In this document: positions 18,837 to 28,666 of the stretch, one piece after another | How positions within the stretch are numbered: position 1 is the stretch's first letter | Layout: the number at the start of each line of letters is the position of its first letter | Source of the DNA: Candidatus Woesearchaeota archaeon | GTDB taxonomy: Archaea; Nanobdellota; Nanobdellia; Woesearchaeales; GCA-2686295 | Length of the DNA stretch: 56,688 nucleotides | Direction: 5' to 3' | Assembly (NCBI GenBank): GCA_002686295.1 | Contig: NZBB01000006.1 | Span: 2,084-58,771 of the forward strand | Program-made: the position numbers and the translations under genes | The notes under the pieces: generated by a model | What the model saw: only the letters and a program-made list of their open reading frames with translations | The model's database searches: none | What the model was told of the DNA's origin: nothing

Positions 18837-21137
18837 ATGAAAGGATTTATCGTTTATTCTACTTATAGAGTTGTTGATGATAAAGCAGTTGTGTATTTAT
18901 TTGGTCGGCTAGAAAACGGCGATTCTTTCTTAACAATTAATTCTTATAAACCATATTTCTTCATCGAAGAGAAATTTTTGAAAAAAGCTTTGAAAATTGA
19001 AACATTCGAATATGAAAAAACTGTTTTGAAAAATTTTAAAAAAAAAAAAATGATTAAAATAATACTTGATTTGCCAAGAAAGGTTCCTGAACTTAGGAAA
19101 AAGCTCGAGGATGAAAAAATTGAATGTTTTGAAGCTGATATAAGATTTGCACAACGATTTCTTATGGATTATGATATTAAATCAACTCTTGACATAAAAG
19201 GTGATTATAAAAAAGGAGAGTTAGTTGACAGGATTTATGAAGAACCAGAACTGAAAACTTGCGATTACAATCCGGATTTGAAATTGTTGTCAATTGATAT
19301 AGAAACTAATCGTTTTGCTAAAGAACTCTATTCAATATCAATTTTTACTAAAGGTTTTGCAAAGACAATTATTATATCTGATAAAAAATTAAAAAATAGT
19401 GTTAGTGTGAAGAATGAGAAAGAATTGCTCGAAGTTTTCAAAAAAAAATTGTTGGAATTAGATCCTGACATAATAACTGGTTGGAACGTCATAGATTTTG
19501 ACATTCATATTCTTGAACAAAAATTCAAACAGCACAATATTCCATTTGAACTTGGAAGAATTGATTGGCCTTGCAAAGTACGTTTAGAAGAATCTTTTTT
19601 TAGAAGTTCAAAAGTTAATATGCCTGGAAGAATGGTTCTTGATGGTATTCAACTGTTAAAAATATCTTTTGTTAAACTGAAAAATTATAAATTAGATACT
19701 GCTGCAGAAGAATTTTTGGGAGAAAAAAAACTTATTGGTGAAAAAAATAAAGGTGCGGAGATTGAAAAAGCTTTTAAAAAAAATCCTCAAAAACTGGCTG
19801 ATTATAACTTAAAAGATTCAGAATTTGTTAGTAAGATATTAGAAAAAACAGGTGTTTTATCATTAACTGTTAATCGTTCAATGTTAACAGGCATACCTCT
19901 TGACAGAGTTGAAGGAAGTATATCCTCATTTGATTCTTTATACTTAAGAGATTTAAGAAAAAAAGGATTTGTTGCACCTTCAGCAAAGTTTGGTGAAAGA
20001 AAAGAGAGAATTCAGGGAGGATATGTGATGAATCCAAAACCAGGTATTTACGATTATGTGATTGTTTGTGATTTTAAAAGTCTGTATCCTAGCATTATAA
20101 GAACTTTCAATATAGATCCTTTCACATACGTTCCTAGTTGCAAAGGCAAAAATTTAATTAAAGCACCAAATGGTGCATGCTTTAGAAAAGAACATGGTAT
20201 TTTATCAGATATGATTCAAAGACTCTGGAAAGCAAGAGATGCCATCAAAAAGAAGAAAGATGCAACTGGTAGCTATGCAATAAAGGTTGTTATGAATTCT
20301 ATGTTTGGAGTGATGGCTAATCCAGTTTTCAGATTTCATAGTATTGAAATGGCTAATGCGATAACACATTTTGGTCATTTTTTCATAAAATTAACTGCTA
20401 AAAAGATTGAGAAACAAGGATATGAAGTAATATATGGAGATACCGATTCTATCTTTATTAATCTTGATGTTGAAAATAAGAAAGAGGCAGATAAGATAGG
20501 TTTGAAAATTCAGAAAGATATTAATGATTTCTTTAATCAATATAACTTTGAAAAGTATGGTTGTGAAAACTTTTTGGAATTAGAGTTTGAAAAGGTTTAC
20601 AAACGTTTTTTAATGCCAAAAGCTCGTGGTTCTGAAAAAGGAAGCAAGAAAAGATATGCCGGCCTGCTATTTAAAAATGGAAAAGAAATGATGGATTTTG
20701 TAGGATTAGAATTTGTTAGACGTGATTGGACTGAATTAGCAAAGAAATTCCAATATGAGTTATTGAAAAAAATATTTGAAAAAAAAGAAGTGAATTCTTA
20801 TGTTAAGAAATTTGTTAATGATTTGAAAAAAGGAAAACATGATGAATTATTAATTTATCGAAAAGCAATAAGGAAAAAACTTGATGAATATGTTAAGACA
20901 ACACCTCCTCATGTAAAAGCTGCTAGAATGTTGAAAGAGTTAAAGAGCAATATAATAGAGTATGTTGTAACTGTTAATGGACCTGAACCTTTGGAGTTGC
21001 AGAAAAGCAGAATAGACTATGAACATTACATCGAGAAACAAATAAAGCCACTTGCAGATTCAATACTTGGCTTCTTCGACACAAATTTTGACGATATTAT
21101 CAAGAATATTTCTCAGAAAACATTGTTTGGATATTAA
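18837..21137 (+). CDS. polB: Family B DNA polymerase with C-terminal PIP box
   Basis: DIET, GWNVIDFD, YNLKD exonuclease motifs; DFKSLYPS, KVVMNSMFG, YGDTDS, KKRY; QKTLFGY end. Confidence 0.96.
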   Translation: MKGFIVYSTYRVVDDKAVVYLFGRLENGDSFLTINSYKPYFFIEEKFLKKALKIETFEYEKTVLKNFKKKKMIKIILDLPRKVPELRKKLEDEKIECFEADIRFAQRFLMDYDIKSTLDIKGDYKKGELVDRIYEEPELKTCDYNPDLKLLSIDIETNRFAKELYSISIFTKGFAKTIIISDKKLKNSVSVKNEKELLEVFKKKLLELDPDIITGWNVIDFDIHILEQKFKQHNIPFELGRIDWPCKVRLEESFFRSSKVNMPGRMVLDGIQLLKISFVKLKNYKLDTAAEEFLGEKKLIGEKNKGAEIEKAFKKNPQKLADYNLKDSEFVSKILEKTGVLSLTVNRSMLTGIPLDRVEGSISSFDSLYLRDLRKKGFVAPSAKFGERKERIQGGYVMNPKPGIYDYVIVCDFKSLYPSIIRTFNIDPFTYVPSCKGKNLIKAPNGACFRKEHGILSDMIQRLWKARDAIKKKKDATGSYAIKVVMNSMFGVMANPVFRFHSIEMANAITHFGHFFIKLTAKKIEKQGYEVIYGDTDSIFINLDVENKKEADKIGLKIQKDINDFFNQYNFEKYGCENFLELEFEKVYKRFLMPKARGSEKGSKKRYAGLLFKNGKEMMDFVGLEFVRRDWTELAKKFQYELLKKIFEKKEVNSYVKKFVNDLKKGKHDELLIYRKAIRKKLDEYVKTTPPHVKAARMLKELKSNIIEYVVTVNGPEPLELQKSRIDYEHYIEKQIKPLADSILGFFDTNFDDIIKNISQKTLFGY

Positions 21138-21197
21138 AAATTTAAATAAACTCTTAGTTCAAAAAAGAAAAGAAGAAAAATAAATAATAAATTAGTT

Positions 21198-21722
21198 TTA
21201 TGGTGAACAACAGAGGATTCCTGAACGATAGGTATATTCATTTCCAACGGAATTATTACATAATTCTTTCATATCCCAAGAACATCTCCACATTTTCCAA
21301 TTTTCATTTGGATTTCCAATATAATCCAATCCACCAAATCTGAGATTTGCTCCATTTCCAATTGATGCAGAATACATAGCATTTGTTGAACATGAACCGC
21401 TCAAAACAAGATCTCCTGAAGGACATTGTGACGAGACTACTGAAGTGCTACATATATCATCACTAACTACCTGATCCGAATAAAACCATTCACACTTCTC
21501 TGCAAGATTATAAGTTTCATCTCTTATATCTACATCTCTTATAATTCTAGAAGCAGAACTTCTTATTGCCTCTCCGCCAATATTTCCAGCTTCATCAGCG
21601 ATAACTCCTTCAACAGAAGAAGCACTCATTGAACTTTTGTTAGTAAACATCACAACAAAACCAACAACTGCCACGATAGAAACTAATGCTAAAATACCAA
21701 AATAATGTTTTTCATCAACCAT
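21198..21722 (-). CDS. Membrane-anchored protein with Cys-containing extracellular domain
   Basis: N-terminal TM helix, Cys-rich C-terminus, GAGGTGA SD. Confidence 0.75.
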   Translation of the reverse strand: MVDEKHYFGILALVSIVAVVGFVVMFTNKSSMSASSVEGVIADEAGNIGGEAIRSSASRIIRDVDIRDETYNLAEKCEWFYSDQVVSDDICSTSVVSSQCPSGDLVLSGSCSTNAMYSASIGNGANLRFGGLDYIGNPNENWKMWRCSWDMKELCNNSVGNEYTYRSGILCCSP

Positions 21723-21727
21723 TCTTA

Positions 21728-21814
21728 AATCACCTCAAAACAAATAATAACAAACAATATACAAAAAAACATATATATATTTGTGATACAAAATACACAT
21801 TAGAGAACAACAAT
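21728..21814 (-). repeat. Duplicated intergenic promoter/UTR cassette, copy 2
   Basis: Colinear similarity to 14975-15065. Confidence 0.8.
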
Positions 21815-22080
21815 TAAACTAGCTGTACAAATCCCATATCGAGTTCTTTAACTAAACCATCTCTTTTCAAAGAATTTAAAGAATCCATAACTTCCGCCTC
21901 AGACAACCCTCTAATACTCGCTTCTATTATCAATTCTTCAACCTGCATCTTCTTTCCCTTGCTAATGACTAACTCATTCAAGATATCTAAAATTTTTATT
22001 TTATTATCTACTTCAGATTCTCTTTTAATCCTATCAGCTGTTAGCTTCTGGATTTCCATTAAACGGTCGAAATCATCCAT
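21814..22080 (-). CDS. Stand-alone winged-helix protein resembling the MCM C-terminal domain
   Basis: VEELIIEA..GLSEAEV..LNSLKRDGLVKE..GFV pattern. Confidence 0.7.
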   Translation of the reverse strand: MDDFDRLMEIQKLTADRIKRESEVDNKIKILDILNELVISKGKKMQVEELIIEASIRGLSEAEVMDSLNSLKRDGLVKELDMGFVQLV

Positions 22081-22180
22081 TTTTCAGAATCTATATACAT
22101 TCCCCCTTTACCAGTATAGTTTTGTCTATATAAAAAGGTTTTGGAAAAATTTAAATGTTCTGCTTATTTATTGGATAACC

Positions 22181-23353
22181 ATGTCCTTTATCAAGCTACT
22201 TTTGCCACTATCTAAAAGCAAAAAAAGAAATCTTAACAAACTAAAGAAATACTTGGAAATTAACGATTTCAAAGAAGTTAAAAAATTGTTAAAACTTGGC
22301 AAAATAGGAATTGCTTTCTCTTCATTAAAAATATCTGATAAAATCATTAAAGATGAATCTTTTCCAGTTATAAATTTAGCATTAGAAGAAAAAGATTTGA
22401 CAAATAAAATAACTGTTTGGAATGATGTTGTCGAACAACAAGTTCGAGAGAAAAAATATAAAGAATTCTCTGTTGATGCAGAAAAAAAAATAAGATATTT
22501 TATAGCTCCACACATTGTTGGCTTGGAAGAAGTCAAAGAAGCTGCAATGCTACAATTATTTGCAAAAGATAAAGTACACTTATTGCTATTAGGGGATCCG
22601 AGCACAGGGAAAACAGATGTTCTTCGCTCTGTAAATGAGTTTGCACCAATCTCTTCATTCGGTCTTGGCTCAGGAATAAGTGCGGCAGGATTAACTGCGG
22701 CCATCAAAGGAAAAGAAGTCATAAGAGGATTATTACCATTAGCCGATAAAGGTATTTGTTGCGTTGATGAATTAAATCTTATGAAATTAAGAGATCGCGG
22801 ATCATTACTGAATGCAATGGAAAAAGGGTTTATTACTTATGATAAAGGAAATAAGCACAAAAAATTTGATGCAAGAATAAACTTATTGGCAACAGCCAAT
22901 CCAAAAGGAGATCGCTTTGTTGGTAAAACACCCTCTACTTGGTTAAAACAAATTCCTTTCGATCCTGCTTTACTATCAAGATTCCACATAGTTTTCTTTA
23001 TTAGAAGACCTGGACATAAAGAATTCATAAATATTGCCAAAAAGATAGTTAGCGAAAGAAACAAAAACCTTGAGATAAACGATTCTTTATTTATCAGAGA
23101 TTACATAGAATTCTCTCAATTAATAGATGTTGCTTTTAATGAAAAATTGAAAAAACAAATAGTTGATTTTGCAGCAAAACTAAAAAAAGATGAAAAGAAA
23201 TTCTTGGTTGAAATAAGTCCAAGAATAATAGTTGGTATAATGAGGTTTGCAAAAGCTTCTGCAAGATTAGAACTTAGAAACCTTGTTGAGCAGAAAGACC
23301 TTGACAGAGTGTTTAATCTACTTGAGAAAAGTTTATATAAAAAAAATAAATAA
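22181..23353 (+). CDS. MCM-family AAA+ ATPase lacking canonical N-terminal and C-terminal domains
   Basis: IAPHIVG, GDPSTGKT, GLTAA, CCVDE, AME, ANP, LLSRF, SPR; start at MSFIK. Confidence 0.88.
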   Translation: MSFIKLLLPLSKSKKRNLNKLKKYLEINDFKEVKKLLKLGKIGIAFSSLKISDKIIKDESFPVINLALEEKDLTNKITVWNDVVEQQVREKKYKEFSVDAEKKIRYFIAPHIVGLEEVKEAAMLQLFAKDKVHLLLLGDPSTGKTDVLRSVNEFAPISSFGLGSGISAAGLTAAIKGKEVIRGLLPLADKGICCVDELNLMKLRDRGSLLNAMEKGFITYDKGNKHKKFDARINLLATANPKGDRFVGKTPSTWLKQIPFDPALLSRFHIVFFIRRPGHKEFINIAKKIVSERNKNLEINDSLFIRDYIEFSQLIDVAFNEKLKKQIVDFAAKLKKDEKKFLVEISPRIIVGIMRFAKASARLELRNLVEQKDLDRVFNLLEKSLYKKNK

Positions 23354-23378
23354 CAATCATAGAGATAAAATTATTATA

Positions 23379-23951
23379 ATGATAAACATAAAAAAATCGG
23401 CTATAATAGCATCAATTGCTATACTTTTTGCAGTTTTTATTTTCAGTTTTATAAATGCTATATACGAAGAACCAAACTATGATGATTTTTGTAATGAGAA
23501 TCCTTATTTGGATAAAGTTCATCTGCCTCCAGAAACACTTAATTGTACAAGCACAGGTTTTAATGATGAAGATGTAACTGCTTGTGATGAACAAGAAGGA
23601 AGATTAGAGCCTATATATGAAGGTGGATGCGTAAAAGCATATAAATGTGAGACTTGCCATAAAACTTATGAAGAAGAAAGCGACAAGCACAAATTTTTTG
23701 TTTTTGTAATGTCAAGTATTCTTGGATTAACAGCAGTTATAACAAGCATTTACCTACCTTATAAAAAAAATTCTTTAAAAGAATGGATTTTATCTGGTTT
23801 CTTAATAGCAGGATTAATAGCCATATTCATTGGCACAATTGATTACTTTGGAGAAATGCATCGCATAATTAAACCAATAATCATATTAATCGAGATAATT
23901 TTAGTTATTTTAGTAGCTTATAAAAATATCGAGAATAAAAAGAAAAAATGA
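23379..23951 (+). CDS. Membrane protein with Cys-rich extracellular loop
   Basis: Four TM segments with six Cys in the first loop; start reassigned to 23379. Confidence 0.75.
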   Translation: MINIKKSAIIASIAILFAVFIFSFINAIYEEPNYDDFCNENPYLDKVHLPPETLNCTSTGFNDEDVTACDEQEGRLEPIYEGGCVKAYKCETCHKTYEEESDKHKFFVFVMSSILGLTAVITSIYLPYKKNSLKEWILSGFLIAGLIAIFIGTIDYFGEMHRIIKPIIILIEIILVILVAYKNIENKKKK

Positions 23952-24250
23952 AATTATACTATTCGCCTTGCAAAAACAAAGCTGAAGCAAAGAAGATCGC
24001 TAAAGAATTATTGAAAGAAAAACTCATATCATGTGCGAATATTGTTCCTTGCGAATCAATTTATGAATGGGATGGAGAATTAAAAGAAGAAAGTGAAGCT
24101 ATTTTATTTGTTAAAACAATTGACAAATATGAAGAAGAAGTCAAGGATAAAATAAGAGAATTACATTCTTATGATCTGCCTTGCATCTTAAAAATTAATG
24201 GTCGTATTAATGAAGAGTATCTTTCTTGGATGGAAAGCGTCATTCAATAA
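23948..24250 (+). CDS. cutA: Divalent-cation tolerance protein CutA
   Basis: CAN, SIYEWDG, KT, HSYDLPCI, YLSW. Confidence 0.93.
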   Translation: MKLYYSPCKNKAEAKKIAKELLKEKLISCANIVPCESIYEWDGELKEESEAILFVKTIDKYEEEVKDKIRELHSYDLPCILKINGRINEEYLSWMESVIQ

Positions 24251-24290
24251 ACCATAAAAAATATAAAGCTTGTTCTCACAAACAACTATT

Positions 24291-25337
24291 ATGGTGTTGA
24301 ATTTTGAATTATTTGGAAATGGTTTAATTGACTACGCAATTTTTTTTGCTATAATAATAATATCTATGATAATTGGCAGGATAATATTTTTTACCAGTAA
24401 AAACCTTCTTAGAAGAAAAGCTGAAAAAACTAAAAGTAAATTTGATGATGTGTTGGTTGAAGTTATGGAAAAACCTTTAGTGTTTCTAATATTTATTATA
24501 GGTTTGATTATTGCTTTGAAAACCTTAACTTTGAGTAGTACAATCAATCAATTTTTTGCGAACACCATAAAAATACTCCTAACAATTGACATTGCTTGGT
24601 TCTTAATATTCTTTGTTGACGCAATAATTGTCCAGTATATAAGCCCTATAGCCTCAAAAACAAAATCAGAATTAGATGATGTTATGCTTCCTTTGATAAG
24701 AAAGATTGTGAAAATAACTTTAATAATCTTTGCAGGCGTAATAATAATAGATAACTTCGGTTATGATGTAACTTCACTAGTTGCAGGTTTAGGAATAGGT
24801 GGTTTAGCTTTTGCTTTGGCAGCCCAAGATATGCTGGCTAATCTTTTTGGTGGATTATCAATTATAACCGATAAACCTTTCAAAATCGGCGATAGAATAA
24901 AAATTGAAAACTATGATGGTTGGGTTAGAAAAATAGGCATTAGAACTACAAGAGTTGAAACGATAGATGGATTTCAATTAATTGTTCCGAACTCTAAAAT
25001 ATCAAATTCGATTCTTGAAAATGTTTCAAGAGAGAAATCCCGTAAAGTCAGATTAAGTATTGGCTTAGAATACAGTACATCTATAAAGAAAATGAAAGAG
25101 GCAAAGAAAATTTTGGAAAATGTTATTTTAAAAAATTCTGATACTGAAAATCGTTCAATTGTAAGTTTTACAGAGTTTGGCGATAGTTCTCTAAATTTCT
25201 TGGTTATTTACTGGATTGAAAATTTAGAAAGCATTCTAACGGCTAAGAATAATGTGAATATGGATATAAAAAAGAGATTTGAAAAAGCCAAGATTGAAAT
25301 GGCCTTTCCAACAAGAACTGTATATCTAAAAAAATGA
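24291..25337 (+). CDS. mscS: Small-conductance mechanosensitive channel
   Basis: AGLGIGGLAFALAAQD, DKPFKIGD, IGIRTT, VPNS, FPTRT. Confidence 0.93.
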   Translation: MVLNFELFGNGLIDYAIFFAIIIISMIIGRIIFFTSKNLLRRKAEKTKSKFDDVLVEVMEKPLVFLIFIIGLIIALKTLTLSSTINQFFANTIKILLTIDIAWFLIFFVDAIIVQYISPIASKTKSELDDVMLPLIRKIVKITLIIFAGVIIIDNFGYDVTSLVAGLGIGGLAFALAAQDMLANLFGGLSIITDKPFKIGDRIKIENYDGWVRKIGIRTTRVETIDGFQLIVPNSKISNSILENVSREKSRKVRLSIGLEYSTSIKKMKEAKKILENVILKNSDTENRSIVSFTEFGDSSLNFLVIYWIENLESILTAKNNVNMDIKKRFEKAKIEMAFPTRTVYLKK

Positions 25338-25387
25338 CTGTTCATAAAGAATAGAAAATATTTATAAACCCTTAATTAATAACTATT

Positions 25388-25439
25388 AAAAGAATGATTC
25401 TCGGGAGTAAGAGGTGAGATTTTCAAGAATCATTCTTTT
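25388..25439 (+). ncRNA. Candidate small hairpin RNA / micro-ORF unit with an SD sequence in the loop
   Basis: Perfect 14-bp inverted repeat AAAAGAATGATTCT/AGAATCATTCTTTT; TTTATAAA at 25361; loop holds GAGGTGA. Confidence 0.4.
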
Positions 25440-25497
25440 CAAATCCAAAAATTTTTATATATGAAAATAAATATTAGTTTATTATGGGGTGTTTTGA

Positions 25498-25728
25498 TTG
25501 GTTTTAACAACTATTGTTAAAAAGGAAGTCCAAAAGAATTTCGAGCGACAAATAACTGATATGTCAAAGCAAGAGCTTAAAGAATTGCTTTTAATCAACA
25601 CCTACAAACTTGCATTGGCAAGAAGCCAAGTAGAAGCAGTTGTTGAAATACTAATTAATAAAAAATTAACAACTTATGAAGAGGTTTGGAAGAGAACAAA
25701 CCAAAACTTCAAAGAATCAACAATTTAA
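25498..25728 (+). CDS. Hypothetical protein
   Basis: 76-aa ORF, TTG start after GGGGTG SD, directly upstream of gap. Confidence 0.65.
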   Translation: MVLTTIVKKEVQKNFERQITDMSKQELKELLLINTYKLALARSQVEAVVEILINKKLTTYEEVWKRTNQNFKESTI

Positions 25729-25746
25729 AAAAAAAGAGGTATTTTA

Positions 25747-26754
25747 ATGGTTAGAGTTGCTATAAATGGATTTGGTAGAATAGGAAGGATGGTTCTAAAG
25801 GCAGGAATAACAAATCCTTTTAGAGAAATGGGCGAATCAGAAATTGAATTTGTAGCTATTAATGATTTAACAGACACAAAAACCTTGACTCATTTATTCA
25901 AGTATGATTCTGTTCATGGTGCTTTCAAAGGAAATATATTGCATGGTCATAATGAGATTATAATTAATAATAAACACATAAAGGTTTTTTCTGAAAAAGA
26001 TCCTGAAAAACTTCCATGGGGAGACTTAAGAATTGATGTGGTTATTGAAAGTACAGGTTTATTTCGTAAAAAAGAAGATGCAAAAAAGCATTTAAGAGCC
26101 GGAGCTAAAAAAGTTTTGATAACTGCCCCTGGAAAAGGTGTTGACTTCTCGTTTGTTAAAGGTGTTAATGAACATTTGTACAACAGAGAAATTCACCACA
26201 TAGTTGACAATGCTTCATGCACAACTAATTGTTTGGCCCCTATTGTAAAAGTTTTGAACGATAATTTTGGTATTGAAAAGGGTTTCATGACAACTGTTCA
26301 TGCATATACTGCCGACCAAAAACTTATTGACGCACCTCATAAAGACTTAAGAAGAGGAAGAAGTGCAGCAATCAATATTGTTCCTACAACTACTGGTGCA
26401 ACTATTGCTGTTGAAAGAATTATTCCTGAACTAAAGGGAAAATTAGGTGGGATGGCTATGAGAGTTCCTGTTGCTAATGGCAGTATAACTGATTTCGTTG
26501 CAATTCTAAATAAAGAAGTTAGTGTTGAAGAAATAAATTCTCTATTCAGAAATGTCAGCGAGCAACATTTGAAAGGAGTTTTAGAATATAGTAAAGAGCC
26601 GCTTGTAAGCACAGATATAATTGGTAATTCTAATTCTTGTATTTTTGATTCCCTATCAACACAAGTAAATGGTCTGCTGATTAAAGTTATTGGCTGGTAT
26701 GATAATGAGTGGGGTTACAGCAGCAGAATAATAGAAATTCTTAAAATACTTTAA
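25747..26754 (+). CDS. gap: Type I (bacterial-type) glyceraldehyde-3-phosphate dehydrogenase
   Basis: INGFGRIGR, YDSVHG, ASCTTNCLAP, WYDNEWGY. Confidence 0.97.
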   Translation: MVRVAINGFGRIGRMVLKAGITNPFREMGESEIEFVAINDLTDTKTLTHLFKYDSVHGAFKGNILHGHNEIIINNKHIKVFSEKDPEKLPWGDLRIDVVIESTGLFRKKEDAKKHLRAGAKKVLITAPGKGVDFSFVKGVNEHLYNREIHHIVDNASCTTNCLAPIVKVLNDNFGIEKGFMTTVHAYTADQKLIDAPHKDLRRGRSAAINIVPTTTGATIAVERIIPELKGKLGGMAMRVPVANGSITDFVAILNKEVSVEEINSLFRNVSEQHLKGVLEYSKEPLVSTDIIGNSNSCIFDSLSTQVNGLLIKVIGWYDNEWGYSSRIIEILKIL

Positions 26755-27438
26755 TTATTTTTTCATGAAAAAACATCTTTTTTCTTTATCAAATCTTTCT
26801 ATAGCATACCTGAGCATTGTTCTGGGCATTTGTTTAAGGTGTTTTTTTAAGAATTTCTCTTCTGTTTCTTGATCTCTTTTACCGATTTCTCTAAGCATCC
26901 AACCTACTGCTTTATGTATTAAGTCGTGTTTATCATCAAGCAGAATATTTGAAATTTTTAAGCTGTGTTTGAATTTGTTTTTCTTAATAAAATAGAATGT
27001 TGAAATTATCGCAATTCTTCTTTTCCATAAATTTTTTGAAACTGCAAATTTATAAAGTATTTTCTTATTTTTGTCAAATAGGTATTTGCCAACAATTTTA
27101 TCTGCTGTTAAATCAACCAAATCCCAATTATTTACTGCTTTAATGTTATTAATGTAAAACTTGTAAATTCTTTCTTCATTATTTGGGAATTGCTTGACAA
27201 GTATAAACAACCCAAGAAGTCTTTCTTCATGTATGTCTGAATCTAATAAAATTTTTATGTTTTCTAAATCTAATTCCTTAAACTTTGTGGCCGTTTTTCT
27301 TATATCAGGAACATAAATTCCAAAGAATTTGTCTCCTTCACCATACTCTCCTTTTCCTGTCTTGAAAAACCTGCATACACCTGATACTCTTTCTCTATGA
27401 GCATATTTTCTCAATTCTTTTTTAACAACCTCAATCAT
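26755..27438 (-). CDS. AlkD-like DNA alkylation repair protein
   Basis: FFKTGKGEYGEGD, NNWDLVD, LWKRR, KAVGWMLRE, MPRTMLRYAIE. Confidence 0.9.
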   Translation of the reverse strand: MIEVVKKELRKYAHRERVSGVCRFFKTGKGEYGEGDKFFGIYVPDIRKTATKFKELDLENIKILLDSDIHEERLLGLFILVKQFPNNEERIYKFYINNIKAVNNWDLVDLTADKIVGKYLFDKNKKILYKFAVSKNLWKRRIAIISTFYFIKKNKFKHSLKISNILLDDKHDLIHKAVGWMLREIGKRDQETEEKFLKKHLKQMPRTMLRYAIERFDKEKRCFFMKK

Positions 27439-27535
27439 CCTTCTTAAAACAAATAAATTATAATTATAAAACTTTTGAAATTCAATTTGTTAAATTTTAG
27501 TTAATTTTTTAAACTTGTTTCTCATTTTTCTATTT

Positions 27536-28666
27536 ATGAGAACTTTAACTCAAGTTGATATAACAGGTTTAAGGGTTCTTTTGAGAGTGGATTACAATGT
27601 GCCACTTGATAAAAACGGTGAAATAGCTGATGATTTCAAGATAAAAAAGAGTTTACAGACTTTAAGATACATCTTAAAGAGGGCAAAACAAGTTATAATA
27701 ATTAGTCATTTTGGCAGACCTGAAGGCTCTTTTAACCCTCGTTTAACTATGGATGGGGTTGCAATCAGGCTTATGAAGCTTCTTGGAAAAAATATTGTGA
27801 AACTTGATGACTGCATTGATGTCGGAGTGCCTGAAAACAAAGTCATATTGCTTGAGAATCTTAGATTTCATAAAGGCGAAAAAGAAAATAATGAATTATT
27901 TGCCAAAAAACTTTCTTCTCACGCAGACATATTTGTAAATGATGCGTTTAGTGTTTGCCACAGAAATCATGCTTCTGTTACTGGTATCACAAAATTTCTG
28001 CCCAGCTGTGCAGGTTTTCTCGTTCAAAAAGAAGTTGAAAATCTTAATTTCAAAAATGCAAAAAAACCATTTATGATTATTATGGGCGGTAGTAAACTTT
28101 CAACAAAGTTTCCAGTTATTAATTCATTGATTTCAAAAGCTGATAAAGTATTGTTAGGTGGTGCAATGATATTCACATTTTTCAAGGCGAGCGGTAAAAA
28201 TGTTGGAAAATCTTTATATGAAGAAAAACTAATGGTTGCAGCTAAACTTCTTATCAACAATGAAAAATTACTACTCCCTAAAGATATTGTTTGTGCACCT
28301 AATCTTAAAAGTTCAAAATTAAAAGTTGTTAGTCCAGACAACATTGCTAAAAATTTGATTGGATTAGATGTTGGAGAAGAAAGCTTAAAAGAGTTTAAAA
28401 AAGTTTTAAAGGAAGCAAAAACTGTTTTTTGGAACGGTCCTCTTGGTTATTATGAGATTGAGTCTTTTTCAAAATCTACTTATGAAATGGCTAAGTTCTT
28501 GTCTGAATTGAGTGCCAAAGTAATTATCGGAGGAGGTGATAGTGCAGCTGTTGTACATAAGCTTGGTCTTGTTGATAAGTTCTTTCATGTTTCCGCTGGT
28601 GGCGGTTCTTCCTTAGAATTTATTAAAGATGGCACTTTACCAGGACTCGAAGTATTGAAACATTAA
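27536..28666 (+). CDS. pgk: Phosphoglycerate kinase
   Basis: RVDYNVP, SHFGRP, LENLRF, NDAF..HR.HAS, WNGPLG, GGGDS. Confidence 0.96.
   Translation: MRTLTQVDITGLRVLLRVDYNVPLDKNGEIADDFKIKKSLQTLRYILKRAKQVIIISHFGRPEGSFNPRLTMDGVAIRLMKLLGKNIVKLDDCIDVGVPENKVILLENLRFHKGEKENNELFAKKLSSHADIFVNDAFSVCHRNHASVTGITKFLPSCAGFLVQKEVENLNFKNAKKPFMIIMGGSKLSTKFPVINSLISKADKVLLGGAMIFTFFKASGKNVGKSLYEEKLMVAAKLLINNEKLLLPKDIVCAPNLKSSKLKVVSPDNIAKNLIGLDVGEESLKEFKKVLKEAKTVFWNGPLGYYEIESFSKSTYEMAKFLSELSAKVIIGGGDSAAVVHKLGLVDKFFHVSAGGGSSLEFIKDGTLPGLEVLKH

Noticed and set aside
19038..19050. A13 tract in polB as a phase-variation site
   Set aside because: Frame is intact and long A runs are common in this Lys-rich sequence
21959..22180. 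N-terminal extension of the MCM-like ORF
   Set aside because: Overlaps the opposite-strand WH gene; ATG 22181 follows a TATA-like box
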